Below, one piece after another: positions 21,331-30,735 of a DNA stretch of 64,000 nt (position 1 is the stretch's first letter; each line of letters opens with the position of its first letter). The DNA comes from a candidate division WOR-3 bacterium (GTDB lineage: Bacteria; Hydrothermota; Tepidihabitantia; B3-TA06), in the NCBI GenBank assembly GCA_965649265.1, contig CBFGKC010000005.1, forward strand, positions 32,001-96,000. Reading direction: 5' to 3'. Under the pieces are notes generated by a model. That model made no database searches, was not told the DNA's origin, and saw only the letters and a list, made by a program, of their open reading frames with translations. The position numbers were made by a program, and so were the translations under genes.

Positions 21331-22038
21331 CTAATCTAAAATCTTGAACCTGTAAAATCCTGCAAAGGACGGGTTCTTTACATCCGGCCTCCAGGTTTCG
21401 TCGTCCAGGGACATAAGTGTTTCAAATTTCACGAGCCGCATCTCTCCCTTGTCCTTCTCGCCAGGGCCGGTGTGATAGATGAGGTAAGGTTCCCCCCTTA
21501 TTTCAAGATAAATCATTACGTGGGAAGGATGGCCCTTGGGTGTAAAGAAAAGAAGATCCCCGGGCAGCACACCCTCTCCCCTGCTTCGCCCCAGAGGTTT
21601 CGTGTGATAGAGCATTAGATGCTTAACATCGGCGAAGTTACCGAGTTTGCCGAGTTTTTTGTCGTCAGGAGCGTAGGGACCGGCGGAAAGTCTGAAGATA
21701 TCGGTTCCGATATAGGGAACATCTGGATAGTTGAAGGTCTCGAGTTCAGGGATGCCCGGATTTAGAAGCTCACCGAATTTCTGCCGCCAGGACTCGTCAT
21801 GTTTACAGAGCGCCTCGCGATATGAGTACCTTACAAGATCGGCGCAATCGACGATATCCTTCGTGGGATCGAGGTACCTTGAAAGTGCAATGGTTGAGAA
21901 CCACTTCCTGAAGTTGGTCCGGTCGGATGGTTCCCTGAGTTCGGCCGCATCCGGAAAACCGTCAGAGTCCCTATCTCTTGCTTCGTGTGGCGTTTGAACA
22001 AAGATACAAAGATAGAATAAAGGGAAAAAAATTACCAT
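21331..22038 (-). CDS. DUF1175 (YfaT-like) protein
   Basis: FR.WF, DCADLVRY.YREAL..HD, PGDLLFF, HVMIY, YHTG, WRP...NP.F.G.YRF. Confidence 0.8.
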   Translation of the reverse strand: MVIFFPLFYLCIFVQTPHEARDRDSDGFPDAAELREPSDRTNFRKWFSTIALSRYLDPTKDIVDCADLVRYSYREALCKHDESWRQKFGELLNPGIPELETFNYPDVPYIGTDIFRLSAGPYAPDDKKLGKLGNFADVKHLMLYHTKPLGRSRGEGVLPGDLLFFTPKGHPSHVMIYLEIRGEPYLIYHTGPGEKDKGEMRLVKFETLMSLDDETWRPDVKNPSFAGFYRFKILD

Positions 22039-22140
22039 CAGCGCCAACCTTCTATCGTCCAGAAATTACACTCCTGAAGGGAGCGGGTGTTTGTTAATAG
22101 GACCCTGCCGAAAAGCCTTTTCATCCTGTCTCCGACTCCC

Positions 22141-22168
22141 AGTATAGAGGAGCATTAAGCCTTGTCAA
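22141..22168 (-). promoter_or_regulatory. sigma70-type promoter of the alpha-2-macroglobulin operon
   Basis: TTGACA-N16-TATACT. Confidence 0.7.
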
Positions 22169-22211
22169 GTAACCAGGCCGTTCTTAGGGTCGATTCGGTA
22201 AAACTATGGAG

Positions 22212-22240
22212 TTGACTTTTTTCCAAGGGGATGCTATTAT
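22212..22240 (+). promoter_or_regulatory. sigma70-type promoter for the SPFH gene
   Basis: TTGACT-N17-TATTAT with TG extension; AGGAGG RBS downstream. Confidence 0.6.
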
Positions 22241-22276
22241 CCTTGGTAATTATCGAAATGACTCCTAGGAGGTTTA

Positions 22277-23230
22277 ATGATTGGATTTCTTGTAGTTGTG
22301 CTACTTCTCGCATTTCTTGCGATTCTTTTCTTCGGCTTCAGGCTGCAGAGACTCTTTATCCGTCATCCCGCAGGAGAAGTGCAGAAGGCAAAACGTCAGG
22401 TTAGACCTGCCGCATACGTCGTGGCTGCGCTGGCCGTCCTCGTTTTAGCCATAGTCGTGAGCTTTATCAGGATTGTGCCAGTCGGGAACGCGCTCGTCAT
22501 CTTCTGGATAATCCCTAAGACCTACAGTGTTTCCCGCGAGGGCATCAATTTCATTCCGCCGATTATAACCCAGACATCACTTTACGATTTACGCAGGACC
22601 GAGTACACCATGTCCAGCGCCGTCGAGGAGGGTCGGCGCAAGGACGCAGACGACGCGCTGTGGGCTCCCACCAAGGAAGGGCTTGAGGTAGGTCTCGATC
22701 TTACGTGCTGGTATCACCTTGACCCGAACAAGGTATTCGATATACATCGACTGATCGGCCCTGACTTTGAGGAGAAGGTCGTAAGGCCGACCATTCGCTC
22801 CGCCGTTCGCCTTACCGTATCCGGTTACACCATAATGGATATATATTCCGGCAAAAGGGAAGCAGTACAGGAGGAGATACAAAGACGCCTGAAGAAGCTC
22901 CTTGAGCCGGACGGGGTAATCGTCGACGGAGTAGCCCTGCGTGATGTTCAGTTCACCGAGGATTTCGCGAAGTCGATTGAGGAGAAACAGATAGCCCAGC
23001 AGAAGGCCGAAAAGATGGAGTATATTCTTCTGCAGGAGCAAAAAGAGGCCGAACGCAAGGGCATAGAGGCCGAGGGTAAGGCAAAGGCCATAGCCATCGT
23101 CTCGCGCGAGCTCCGCGCCAACCCCAACTACATAAAGTATCTGTATGTGGATAAGCTGGCTGACGATGTTAAGGTGATAGTGTCCGACCAGGCGACTATA
23201 ATGGACTTGAAGGGTATCATTGGCCAGTAA
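22277..23230 (+). CDS. Prohibitin/SPFH (band 7) family membrane protein
   Basis: Two N-terminal TM helices, VRPTIRSAVR, LRDVQF...F..SIEEKQIAQQ.AE coiled coil. Confidence 0.9.
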   Translation: MIGFLVVVLLLAFLAILFFGFRLQRLFIRHPAGEVQKAKRQVRPAAYVVAALAVLVLAIVVSFIRIVPVGNALVIFWIIPKTYSVSREGINFIPPIITQTSLYDLRRTEYTMSSAVEEGRRKDADDALWAPTKEGLEVGLDLTCWYHLDPNKVFDIHRLIGPDFEEKVVRPTIRSAVRLTVSGYTIMDIYSGKREAVQEEIQRRLKKLLEPDGVIVDGVALRDVQFTEDFAKSIEEKQIAQQKAEKMEYILLQEQKEAERKGIEAEGKAKAIAIVSRELRANPNYIKYLYVDKLADDVKVIVSDQATIMDLKGIIGQ

Positions 23231-23240
23231 GCTCTTCTTG

Positions 23241-23279
23241 TACCCCAAAAGAATACGGAGTATTCTTTTGGGGACCCCG
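23241..23279. repeat. REP-like palindrome with GGGACCCC tail (copy 1)
   Basis: Perfect 14-bp stem CCCCAAAAGAATAC/GTATTCTTTTGGGG; related copy at 30184-30225. Confidence 0.7.
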
Positions 23280-23522
23280 CCTACTCAGATCCTTAAGAGT
23301 CACTACGTCTTGAAATGACTACGTTTTACGGAGTCCAGGAAGGCGACACTTATGAAGCACCGATACGCTGTTGCTTCGTAGGGACCCCTCTCCTCTTCTT
23401 TAAAGGAGCGTGGATGAGTTCGACCAAACCAAAGCAGACGTTGGCGGTCAGACTTCCAGGAACTGAAGAGTCGCTTTTTAGGATTTCAAACAGCTTTTCG
23501 TGCAAGCTCCCTGAGTAGATTC

Positions 23523-24581
23523 ATGTGGCTTGCCGAACTTGGTGTAGCGGGGTTCAGGAATCTCGCGGAACAGAAGCTCGAATTCGGCGAGCACGCGAAC
23601 ATCGTCTTCGGTTCCAACGGAGCCGGGAAGACCAATCTCCTTGAATCAATCTCAGTGCTCGCTCGCGGCCGCAGCTTCCGGACGCTTCAGGACTCGGAAC
23701 TCCTTGGATTCGATGCGGAGCGGTTCCGTGTTGCAGGAAGGGTGGAGAATGAGCGAGGCCAGACATGGACCGGCCGCGTGTACTTCTCACCGGCGGAGAG
23801 GAAACATTACTTCCTTGAACGACGCGAGATACTCAAACGCTCCCTCTTTTCAGGATGGCTTCCTGCATCTATCTTTCTTCTCGACGACCGCAGGCTTATT
23901 GCAGGCTCGCCCGCGGAACGAAGGGCCTTTCTTGACGAAGCATTGAGTAAACTCTCACGCACTTACGGTTTTCTTCTCTCAGAGTTTCGCAGGGTTCTCC
24001 TTTTTCGTAATGCCCTGCTTAAGAAAGGCTCGGGAGATGATGAATTCAGGGTGTGGGAGAGGCGACTTGCCGAACTCGCCGGGGAGATTGCAGGGCGGAG
24101 GTCGGAATACTGGCAGCGTTTCATCGTGCACTTCGAACGAATGGCCAAGCGTTTCCTGCCTTCCGCCGAGCTCAAGGTGGAATACTTAAGCAACGTAAAG
24201 GAGGAGGAGGATTATGCCGAACTTCTTGAGCGTTCGCGGGAATCGGAGAAGAGATACGGGTTCACCAGCCGCGGTCCCCACAGGGACGACTTCAGGGTAA
24301 GGTTGGGGTCCCGTCCGCTACGTTCGTTCGGCTCTCACGGGCAGCAGAGGCTTGCCGCACTCGCCCTGGCGCTGGCAGAATCGGAGACCGCGCTCGCTGC
24401 GGGCGTTAAGCCCGTGTATCTCATGGACGACGTCGCAGCAGAGCTTGACGATTACAACACCAGACTTCTTTTTGAACTGGTAAGATCGAAGGGCCAGCTC
24501 TTCTATGCCGCGGCAAAACCTCCACGCGACGTGGAAGGGAGAAGATTTCATGTCAAGCAAGGCTCGATCAAGCAAGTTTAA
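23523..24581 (+). CDS. recF: DNA replication/repair protein RecF
   Basis: GFRN, GSNGAGKTNLLE, GPHRDD, SHGQQR, LMDDVAAELD. Confidence 0.95.
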   Translation: MWLAELGVAGFRNLAEQKLEFGEHANIVFGSNGAGKTNLLESISVLARGRSFRTLQDSELLGFDAERFRVAGRVENERGQTWTGRVYFSPAERKHYFLERREILKRSLFSGWLPASIFLLDDRRLIAGSPAERRAFLDEALSKLSRTYGFLLSEFRRVLLFRNALLKKGSGDDEFRVWERRLAELAGEIAGRRSEYWQRFIVHFERMAKRFLPSAELKVEYLSNVKEEEDYAELLERSRESEKRYGFTSRGPHRDDFRVRLGSRPLRSFGSHGQQRLAALALALAESETALAAGVKPVYLMDDVAAELDDYNTRLLFELVRSKGQLFYAAAKPPRDVEGRRFHVKQGSIKQV

Positions 24582-24873
24582 ATCGCTTAAGGAAGCGGCT
24601 TCCGAGATTCTCAACTCAAGGCTCGGCTCAAAATTAGCCGATTATGAGGCAGTAAAGATGTGGCCCGACGCCGCAGGTGCAAAGATCGCATCAAGATGTG
24701 TTGCAATGGGAATAAAATCGGGTATACTTTATGTTACGGTGCCGACAAATGTCTGGCTCACCGAACTCAAAGCACTTAAGAACAAGCTGATAACAAACGT
24801 TAATACAAGGGTTGGACGGGAGGTGGTCAAGGATATCAAATTTATAGCGGGTAATTCTAAGAGGAAGATATGA
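24550..24873 (+). CDS. DUF721 / DciA-like protein
   Basis: Between recF and gyrB; W...AG..IA, L.V.V....W..EL pattern. Confidence 0.8.
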   Translation: MSSKARSSKFKSLKEAASEILNSRLGSKLADYEAVKMWPDAAGAKIASRCVAMGIKSGILYVTVPTNVWLTELKALKNKLITNVNTRVGREVVKDIKFIAGNSKRKI

Positions 24874-26768
24874 ACGAACGCTACGATGCAACACAAATCC
24901 AGGTTCTTAAAGGACTTGAAGGCGTAAGAAGACGCCCCGCCATGTACATAGGTGACGTGAGCGTGCGCGGACTCCATCACCTTGTCTCAGAGATTGTAGA
25001 CAATTCCATTGACGAGGCCATGGCTGGGATATGCAAAAATATCACCATCACGATTCTTGCGGCCGATCAGGTCTCCATTGAAGACGACGGACGCGGTATC
25101 CCGGTGGATACCCATCCCGATTTGGGGGTTTCGGCACTCGAGGTCGTCATGACCGTCCTTCACGCCGGAGCCAAGTTTTCGGGAAAGGTATATACGATAT
25201 CGGGCGGCCTCCACGGCGTCGGTGCCTCGGTGGTAAACGCCCTGTCGGAGTGGCTCGAAGCCGAGGTTTACAGAGACGGCAAGATATATCAGCAGCGCTA
25301 CGAACAGGGAATCCCCCAGGGACCGGTAAAACCTGCCGGTTCCACGAAGAAAACGGGCACGAAGATAACGTTCAAGCCTGATGCAACGATATTCAAAAAG
25401 ACGACGTTCAACCCCGAGGTACTTGCCACGAGACTGCGCGAGGTGGCCTATCTCAATCCCGAGCTTGCCATCAAACTCGTGGATAAAACCGCGAACACCG
25501 AGCAGGTGTTTCACTACAAGAACGGCCTTCTGGACTTCCTCGCTTATATTGACCATGGTTCAAATCGCCTTCACAAACCCGTTTACATCAAAGACGCTCG
25601 CAACGAGATAGAGGTTGAGGCGGCCGTGGAGTATACCGACAGTTTCTCGGAAAATATTATAACTTTTGTAAATACGATTAATACGCACGAGGGCGGAACC
25701 CACATGGTGGGATTCAAATCGGCCCTGACGAAAACCCTCAACGACGCCGCGCGCAAGGCCGCCACACAGAAGTCAAAGAACGTCGAGCTTTCGGGCGAGG
25801 ACGTCCGGGAGGGGCTCTCCGCGGTAATTTCGGTGAGGATGAGGAACCCCCAGTTCGAAGGTCAGACCAAGACCAAGCTGGGGAACAGCGAGGTCAGGGG
25901 CATCGTGGAATCCATTGTATCGGAAGGTCTGTCCCGTCATTTTGACGAGCAGCCGAGGGTCTTGAATCTCATACTCCAGAAGGCCCAGGCTGCCGCGCGA
26001 GCGCGTGAAGCCGCACGCAAGGCACGCGATATCGAACGAAAGAAGAGTCTTCTTTCGTCGGAGACGCTGCCGGGAAAGCTTGCCGACTGTTCGTCGGATA
26101 ACGCAGATGAGTGTGAGCTTTTCATTGTCGAGGGTGAATCGGCAGGAGGTTCGGCAAAACAGGGCCGCGATCGCCGCTTCCAGGCGGTGCTCGCATTGCG
26201 GGGAAAGATTCTTAATGTTGAGAAATCCGCCCTGAACAAGATATTGGCAAATAATGAGATAAAGGCGATAGTGGGGTCGGTCGGAACCGGTTTCGGGGAG
26301 GACAGCTTCGAGCGCGAACGCCTGCGCTACTCGAAGATAGTCATAATGGCAGATGCCGACGTTGACGGTTCACACATCCGCACGCTTCTTTTGACTCTCT
26401 TTTACCGCCACATGAGGGAGTTGATTGAGAACGGCATGATCTACATCGCGCAGCCGCCTTTATACAAAGTAAAGCATGGCAAAAAGGAAGCTTACATATA
26501 CACGGATGATGAACTGGAATCGTACCGTAAGCAGCGCTCCAACCCGGACGGTCTTGAGGTCCAGCGATTCAAGGGTCTGGGCGAGATGAATCCGGAACAG
26601 CTCTGGGAGACCACGATGAATCCGGAAAAACGGATACTCAAAAAAGTGAACGTGGCCGACGCCGCCGAGGCGCACAAGGTATTCTCCGATCTTATGGGTT
26701 CGGAAGTAGGTCCGAGGCGGGAATTCATAGAAACCAACGCGCAATTCGTTGAAAACCTCGATATTTAG
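24870..26768 (+). CDS. gyrB: DNA gyrase subunit B
   Basis: VRRRP.MYIG, EIVDNSIDEA, GGLHGVG, EGESAGGS, DADVDG, KGLGEMN. Confidence 0.95.
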   Translation: MNERYDATQIQVLKGLEGVRRRPAMYIGDVSVRGLHHLVSEIVDNSIDEAMAGICKNITITILAADQVSIEDDGRGIPVDTHPDLGVSALEVVMTVLHAGAKFSGKVYTISGGLHGVGASVVNALSEWLEAEVYRDGKIYQQRYEQGIPQGPVKPAGSTKKTGTKITFKPDATIFKKTTFNPEVLATRLREVAYLNPELAIKLVDKTANTEQVFHYKNGLLDFLAYIDHGSNRLHKPVYIKDARNEIEVEAAVEYTDSFSENIITFVNTINTHEGGTHMVGFKSALTKTLNDAARKAATQKSKNVELSGEDVREGLSAVISVRMRNPQFEGQTKTKLGNSEVRGIVESIVSEGLSRHFDEQPRVLNLILQKAQAAARAREAARKARDIERKKSLLSSETLPGKLADCSSDNADECELFIVEGESAGGSAKQGRDRRFQAVLALRGKILNVEKSALNKILANNEIKAIVGSVGTGFGEDSFERERLRYSKIVIMADADVDGSHIRTLLLTLFYRHMRELIENGMIYIAQPPLYKVKHGKKEAYIYTDDELESYRKQRSNPDGLEVQRFKGLGEMNPEQLWETTMNPEKRILKKVNVADAAEAHKVFSDLMGSEVGPRREFIETNAQFVENLDI

Positions 26769-26776
26769 GAGGATTT

Positions 26777-27835
26777 GTGGAGAGACACGAACTCTTCAAG
26801 GAACTTACTGAAGCCTTTGGACCCTCGGGTTACGAAACCGACGTTCGCACCATAATGGCGCGCCATTTCGAAAAAAACCTGAAAGTTTCTACCGATAATC
26901 TGGGATCGGTCGTCGGATATCATGAGGGCGATGCCAAGGGCCCCAAGGTTCTTCTAGCCGCACACATGGACGAAGTGGGATTCATGGTCAAGAAGGTGAC
27001 CAAGAACGGTTACATCTATTTTCTTCCATTAGGAGGGTGGTGGCCCCAGGTGCTCTTGAGCCAGCGGGTCAAGGTGAGAACGCGTAAGGGTGATTTTGAG
27101 GGTATTGTGGGCTCAAAGGCCCCGCACGCAATGAAGGAGGAGGAGCGCAAAAAAGTTCCCGAGATGGACAACCTTTTCATCGACATCGGTGTTCTTGGCG
27201 AGAACTCTCTTAAAGACGCGGACATACGGCCGGGTGATCCCATAGTGCCTGTTTCGCCGTTCAGCGTGCTTCAAAACGGTGTGCTTGCATCCAAGGCGTG
27301 GGATGACCGCGTGGGCTGCGCCGCACTGTCGGAGATCGCAGAAAAGCTTCCCAAGCACTCATCCAGACTCTATCTCGCGGGAACAGTGCAGGAGGAGGTG
27401 GGGCTGCGCGGTGCAAGAACCGTTGCAGGTCTCGTGGAACCGGATATTTCGATAGCCATTGACGTCTCGCTGTCATCAGATTCGCCGGGCGAGGATTCCG
27501 AGGCGCTAGAGCGTTTCGGAGCGGGCGCGGCAGTCCTCATTTACGATTCGACGATGATCCCGAATCTCAAGTTCAGGGATTTCGTGTGCGAGACTGCCGA
27601 GGCCGAGGGTATTAAATATCATCTCGCCTCCCTGCGCGGCGGCTACGATACGGGTGTCATTCATATATCAAAGATAGGCGTGCCTTCCATAGCCCTCGGG
27701 CTTCCCGCGCGTTACATACATTCGCACGTGGGAGTCATTTATGAGGAGGATTACGCGGCGTTAGAGAGGCTCCTTCGCGCCCTCATCGGACGCCTCGATT
27801 CCTCGAAGGCAGCCGAAATTGCCAAATTCGCATGA
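26777..27835 (+). CDS. M42 family metalloaminopeptidase
   Basis: AHMDEVG, KAWDDRVG, QEEVGLRGA, RYIHS. Confidence 0.93.
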   Translation: MERHELFKELTEAFGPSGYETDVRTIMARHFEKNLKVSTDNLGSVVGYHEGDAKGPKVLLAAHMDEVGFMVKKVTKNGYIYFLPLGGWWPQVLLSQRVKVRTRKGDFEGIVGSKAPHAMKEEERKKVPEMDNLFIDIGVLGENSLKDADIRPGDPIVPVSPFSVLQNGVLASKAWDDRVGCAALSEIAEKLPKHSSRLYLAGTVQEEVGLRGARTVAGLVEPDISIAIDVSLSSDSPGEDSEALERFGAGAAVLIYDSTMIPNLKFRDFVCETAEAEGIKYHLASLRGGYDTGVIHISKIGVPSIALGLPARYIHSHVGVIYEEDYAALERLLRALIGRLDSSKAAEIAKFA

Positions 27836-27845
27836 AGGAGGAATT

Positions 27846-29912
27846 GTGAGCGCAAAGGATCCTAAAAACGTACGCACTTTCGGTTTCTTCGGTCATGGCG
27901 GATCGGGCAAGACCACCCTGGCCGACGCGATACTTTTCTTTACCGGCGCGAACTCCAGACAGGGAAAAGTGGATGCCGGAACATCCATCTTTGACTTTGA
28001 CGAAGAAGAAATTGCCCGCAAGAACAGTCTCAGCCTTGCGCTGGCATCGTGCGAGTACCAGGATCATCTTTTAAGTATCGTTGATACTCCCGGTTATGCC
28101 GACTTCATAGGCGAGATGATTTCCGGATCGCGCGCCGTGGATGTGGGCATTATTGTCGTGGACGCCGGAACAGGAATCGGCGTCGGCACCGAGATGGGCT
28201 GGAAGCGGCTTGTTGACGAACACAAGGGCCGCGCCTTCTTCGTAAACAAACTCTCGAAACCGGATACCGATTTCGCGGCCATTTACAAACAGCTCGTGGA
28301 GGCATTCGGCACATCGATAGCGCCAGTGACTATTCCTATCGGTGCAGGCGCAGGATTCTCCGGTGTAGCCGATCTTATTTCAGAAAAGGCGTTTGTGACG
28401 AAAAACGGAAAAACCGAAGTCCAGGCGATTCCGGATTCAATGAAAGGTGAGTTTGACACCTACAAGGAAAAGATGATCGAGGCTGTTGCCGAGATAGACG
28501 AAAGCCTTTTAGAGAAGTATCTGGAGGGGAACGTCCCGACCACCGCCGAGCTTTTACCGATTTTCAAGAAGGGCGTTGCAGAGGGAAAGATATATCCCCT
28601 GTTTGCGGGAGATGCGCTCTCCATGGCGGGTGTCCAGCCCCTTGTGGACTTCATCGTGGGATTCTTCCCTTCGCCGTTGGACATTCCCGCCCTCAAGGTC
28701 ACAAAGGACGGTCAGGACGCGGAATTCGTCGTTCAGGGCTCAAAGGACACGGTCGCATACGTATTTAAGACAGTATCGGACCCGCATCTGGGCGATCTTT
28801 TATACACACGCGTCTTCTCGGGTGAGATTGCGACCGGCAACACCGTGCAGAACATCGACCAGGGTTCGTCGGAACGAATCGGCCAGGTGCTCGCACTACA
28901 GGGCCGCGAGCGCTCGGATGCAGGCAAACTCACCGCAGGCATGATCGGCGGCCTCGTCAAACTGAAGACGACGGGCACGGGTGATACGCTTACCTCGGGT
29001 GCAAAACTGGCCATAGGGAAGCTTACTTTCCCCAACCCGCCCATATCGGTTGCGGTGGTCCCCCAGTCAAAGGGCGACGAGGAGAAGGTCTCCAACGCGC
29101 TCGCAAGGTTGCACGATGAGGACCCTACCTTTGTCTACCGCTTCGATCCCGAGCTCAAACAACAACTTATATCGGGCATGGGCGAGCTGCACCTGGATGT
29201 CATCCTCTCTAAATTGAAGAAAAAGTTCGGTGTCTCGGTTGAAACCAAGAAGCCGCGCATCCCGTACCGCGAGACCGTAACGGCCAAGGCCGAGGCCCAG
29301 GGACGACACAAAAAACAGTCGGGCGGCCGCGGTCAGTTCGGCGACGTATTCCTGCGTCTGGAGCCCTTGCCGCGCGGCGGTGGTGTCGAATTCGTGGACG
29401 AAATTTTCGGCGGCGCGGTGCCCAAGAACTACATCCCGGCGGTCGAAAAGGGCGTGCGCGAGTTCGTGACGCAAGGCTATCTTGCGGGATATCAAATGGT
29501 TGACGTGCGGATCACGCTTTACGACGGAAGCTACCACACGGTGGACTCCTCCGAAATCGCGTTCAAACTCGCCGCGCAGATTGCCATGAAGACCTGCTGC
29601 GAGAAAGCAAAACCCATTCTGCTCGAACCCGTGCTTTTCGTAGAAGTGACCGTTCCTGAAGAGTTTATGGGCGACGTTATCGGCGACCTCAACTCGAGGC
29701 GCGGACGAATCCAGGGTATGGACGCCATTGGCCGCAACCAGGTGGTCAAGGCGACGGTGCCCGAAGCCGAGATGTACAAGTATGCTACGACATTACGGTC
29801 GGTTACGCAGGGTCGCGGTTTCTTTACCGCGCAGTTCGACCATTACGACCCCGTGCCTCAGGAGGTTTCCGCGAAAGTGATAGAGGAAGCCAAAAAGGCA
29901 AAGGAAGAGTAA
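27846..29912 (+). CDS. fusA: Elongation factor G paralog (EF-G2-like)
   Basis: Five-domain EF-G (GMGELHL, KKQSGGRGQFG, DGSYH.VDSS); divergent G motifs GHGGSGKTT and DTPGYADF; GTG start after AAGGAGG. Confidence 0.88.
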   Translation: MSAKDPKNVRTFGFFGHGGSGKTTLADAILFFTGANSRQGKVDAGTSIFDFDEEEIARKNSLSLALASCEYQDHLLSIVDTPGYADFIGEMISGSRAVDVGIIVVDAGTGIGVGTEMGWKRLVDEHKGRAFFVNKLSKPDTDFAAIYKQLVEAFGTSIAPVTIPIGAGAGFSGVADLISEKAFVTKNGKTEVQAIPDSMKGEFDTYKEKMIEAVAEIDESLLEKYLEGNVPTTAELLPIFKKGVAEGKIYPLFAGDALSMAGVQPLVDFIVGFFPSPLDIPALKVTKDGQDAEFVVQGSKDTVAYVFKTVSDPHLGDLLYTRVFSGEIATGNTVQNIDQGSSERIGQVLALQGRERSDAGKLTAGMIGGLVKLKTTGTGDTLTSGAKLAIGKLTFPNPPISVAVVPQSKGDEEKVSNALARLHDEDPTFVYRFDPELKQQLISGMGELHLDVILSKLKKKFGVSVETKKPRIPYRETVTAKAEAQGRHKKQSGGRGQFGDVFLRLEPLPRGGGVEFVDEIFGGAVPKNYIPAVEKGVREFVTQGYLAGYQMVDVRITLYDGSYHTVDSSEIAFKLAAQIAMKTCCEKAKPILLEPVLFVEVTVPEEFMGDVIGDLNSRRGRIQGMDAIGRNQVVKATVPEAEMYKYATTLRSVTQGRGFFTAQFDHYDPVPQEVSAKVIEEAKKAKEE

Positions 29913-29975
29913 ATTGATTCTATAAGCATCGCTAAAGCGATTCTTATGTAAACCCTGATCAAGAAAATTCTTTAG

Positions 29976-30000
29976 GAAGGCCGGCCTTGAGCCGGCCTTC
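29976..30000 (+). terminator. Probable intrinsic terminator after the EF-G gene
   Basis: 10-bp stem GAAGGCCGGC/GCCGGCCTTC with AT-rich flanks. Confidence 0.6.
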
Positions 30001-30183
30001 AATTTAGCAGTCGACAAGGGAAAATCGGGTTAAAAAAAGCTGGACAAAAGTGGGACAAATTCCGCGGCCCAAAACCGTACTTAGAGCTTTACGCCTCTTT
30101 TGAAATCACATCCCGTTGTCACTTACAATGGCCCACGCAAAGCTAAGTGGATGTGCTGCGAAAACGGGCAAAAAGGGGGGGCC

Positions 30184-30225
30184 TACCCCAAAAGAACACC
30201 GGAGACGTTCTTTTAGGGGACCCCG
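30184..30225. repeat. REP-like palindrome with GGGACCCC tail (copy 2)
   Basis: TACCCCAAAAGAAC...GTTCTTTTAGGGGACCCCG, matching 23241-23279. Confidence 0.7.
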
Positions 30226-30470
30226 ACGACTTTTGGAAAAAGTCTTTCAGAAGCCTGCCTGCCGAAAATCGAGATCGAGGCAAACTTCTGAACTGCCACC
30301 GAGGTGGCAGTCGACCCGGCTTGAAGAAACCCGTCAGTACCTCCCTCACCCGGCTTTATTAAGGGGGGGAGGGGTATTATCTACCTCAGGAAGTCGCTCT
30401 GCGCCTCCTTGGGGATGAAGTGAATGCTCCTTAGATACCAGTCGAAAACGCAGGAGCTTACCTCTGTGTA

Positions 30471-30723
30471 CCCCTTGGGATAAGCTTTATCCCAAGGGGC
30501 ACGCTGAAGTCGGCCCCTACGAACTCAATTCCTCCAACCAGGGGAGCTTACCCTCTCCCTTCGGGAGAGGGCGGGGGTGAGGGAAACGCATCTCCTTCCC
30601 TCGACGGGAAGGGGTGGGGGGCAAGGTAGCGGCTGGGAGCCGCATGGGCCGAACGATAACGTTCGGCAAACGCTCTTCTAGAACGTACACCTCCTCCCAG
30701 CCTCCCCCATCAACGGGGAGGAG
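30471..30723. repeat. Cluster of REP-like GC-rich palindromes
   Basis: CCCCTTGGGATAA/TTATCCCAAGGGG; GTAG-headed REP on minus strand (30496-30520); CCCTCTCCC-TTC-GGGAGAGGG..GGGGTGAGGG (30551-30583); further C/G-rich hairpins. Confidence 0.6.
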
Positions 30724-30735
30724 ATTTAAATGTCT

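Noticed and set aside
23315-23518. 67-aa ORF before recF, and small ORFs within 30116-30799
   Set aside because: They run through REP-like palindromes and show no protein-like motifs.
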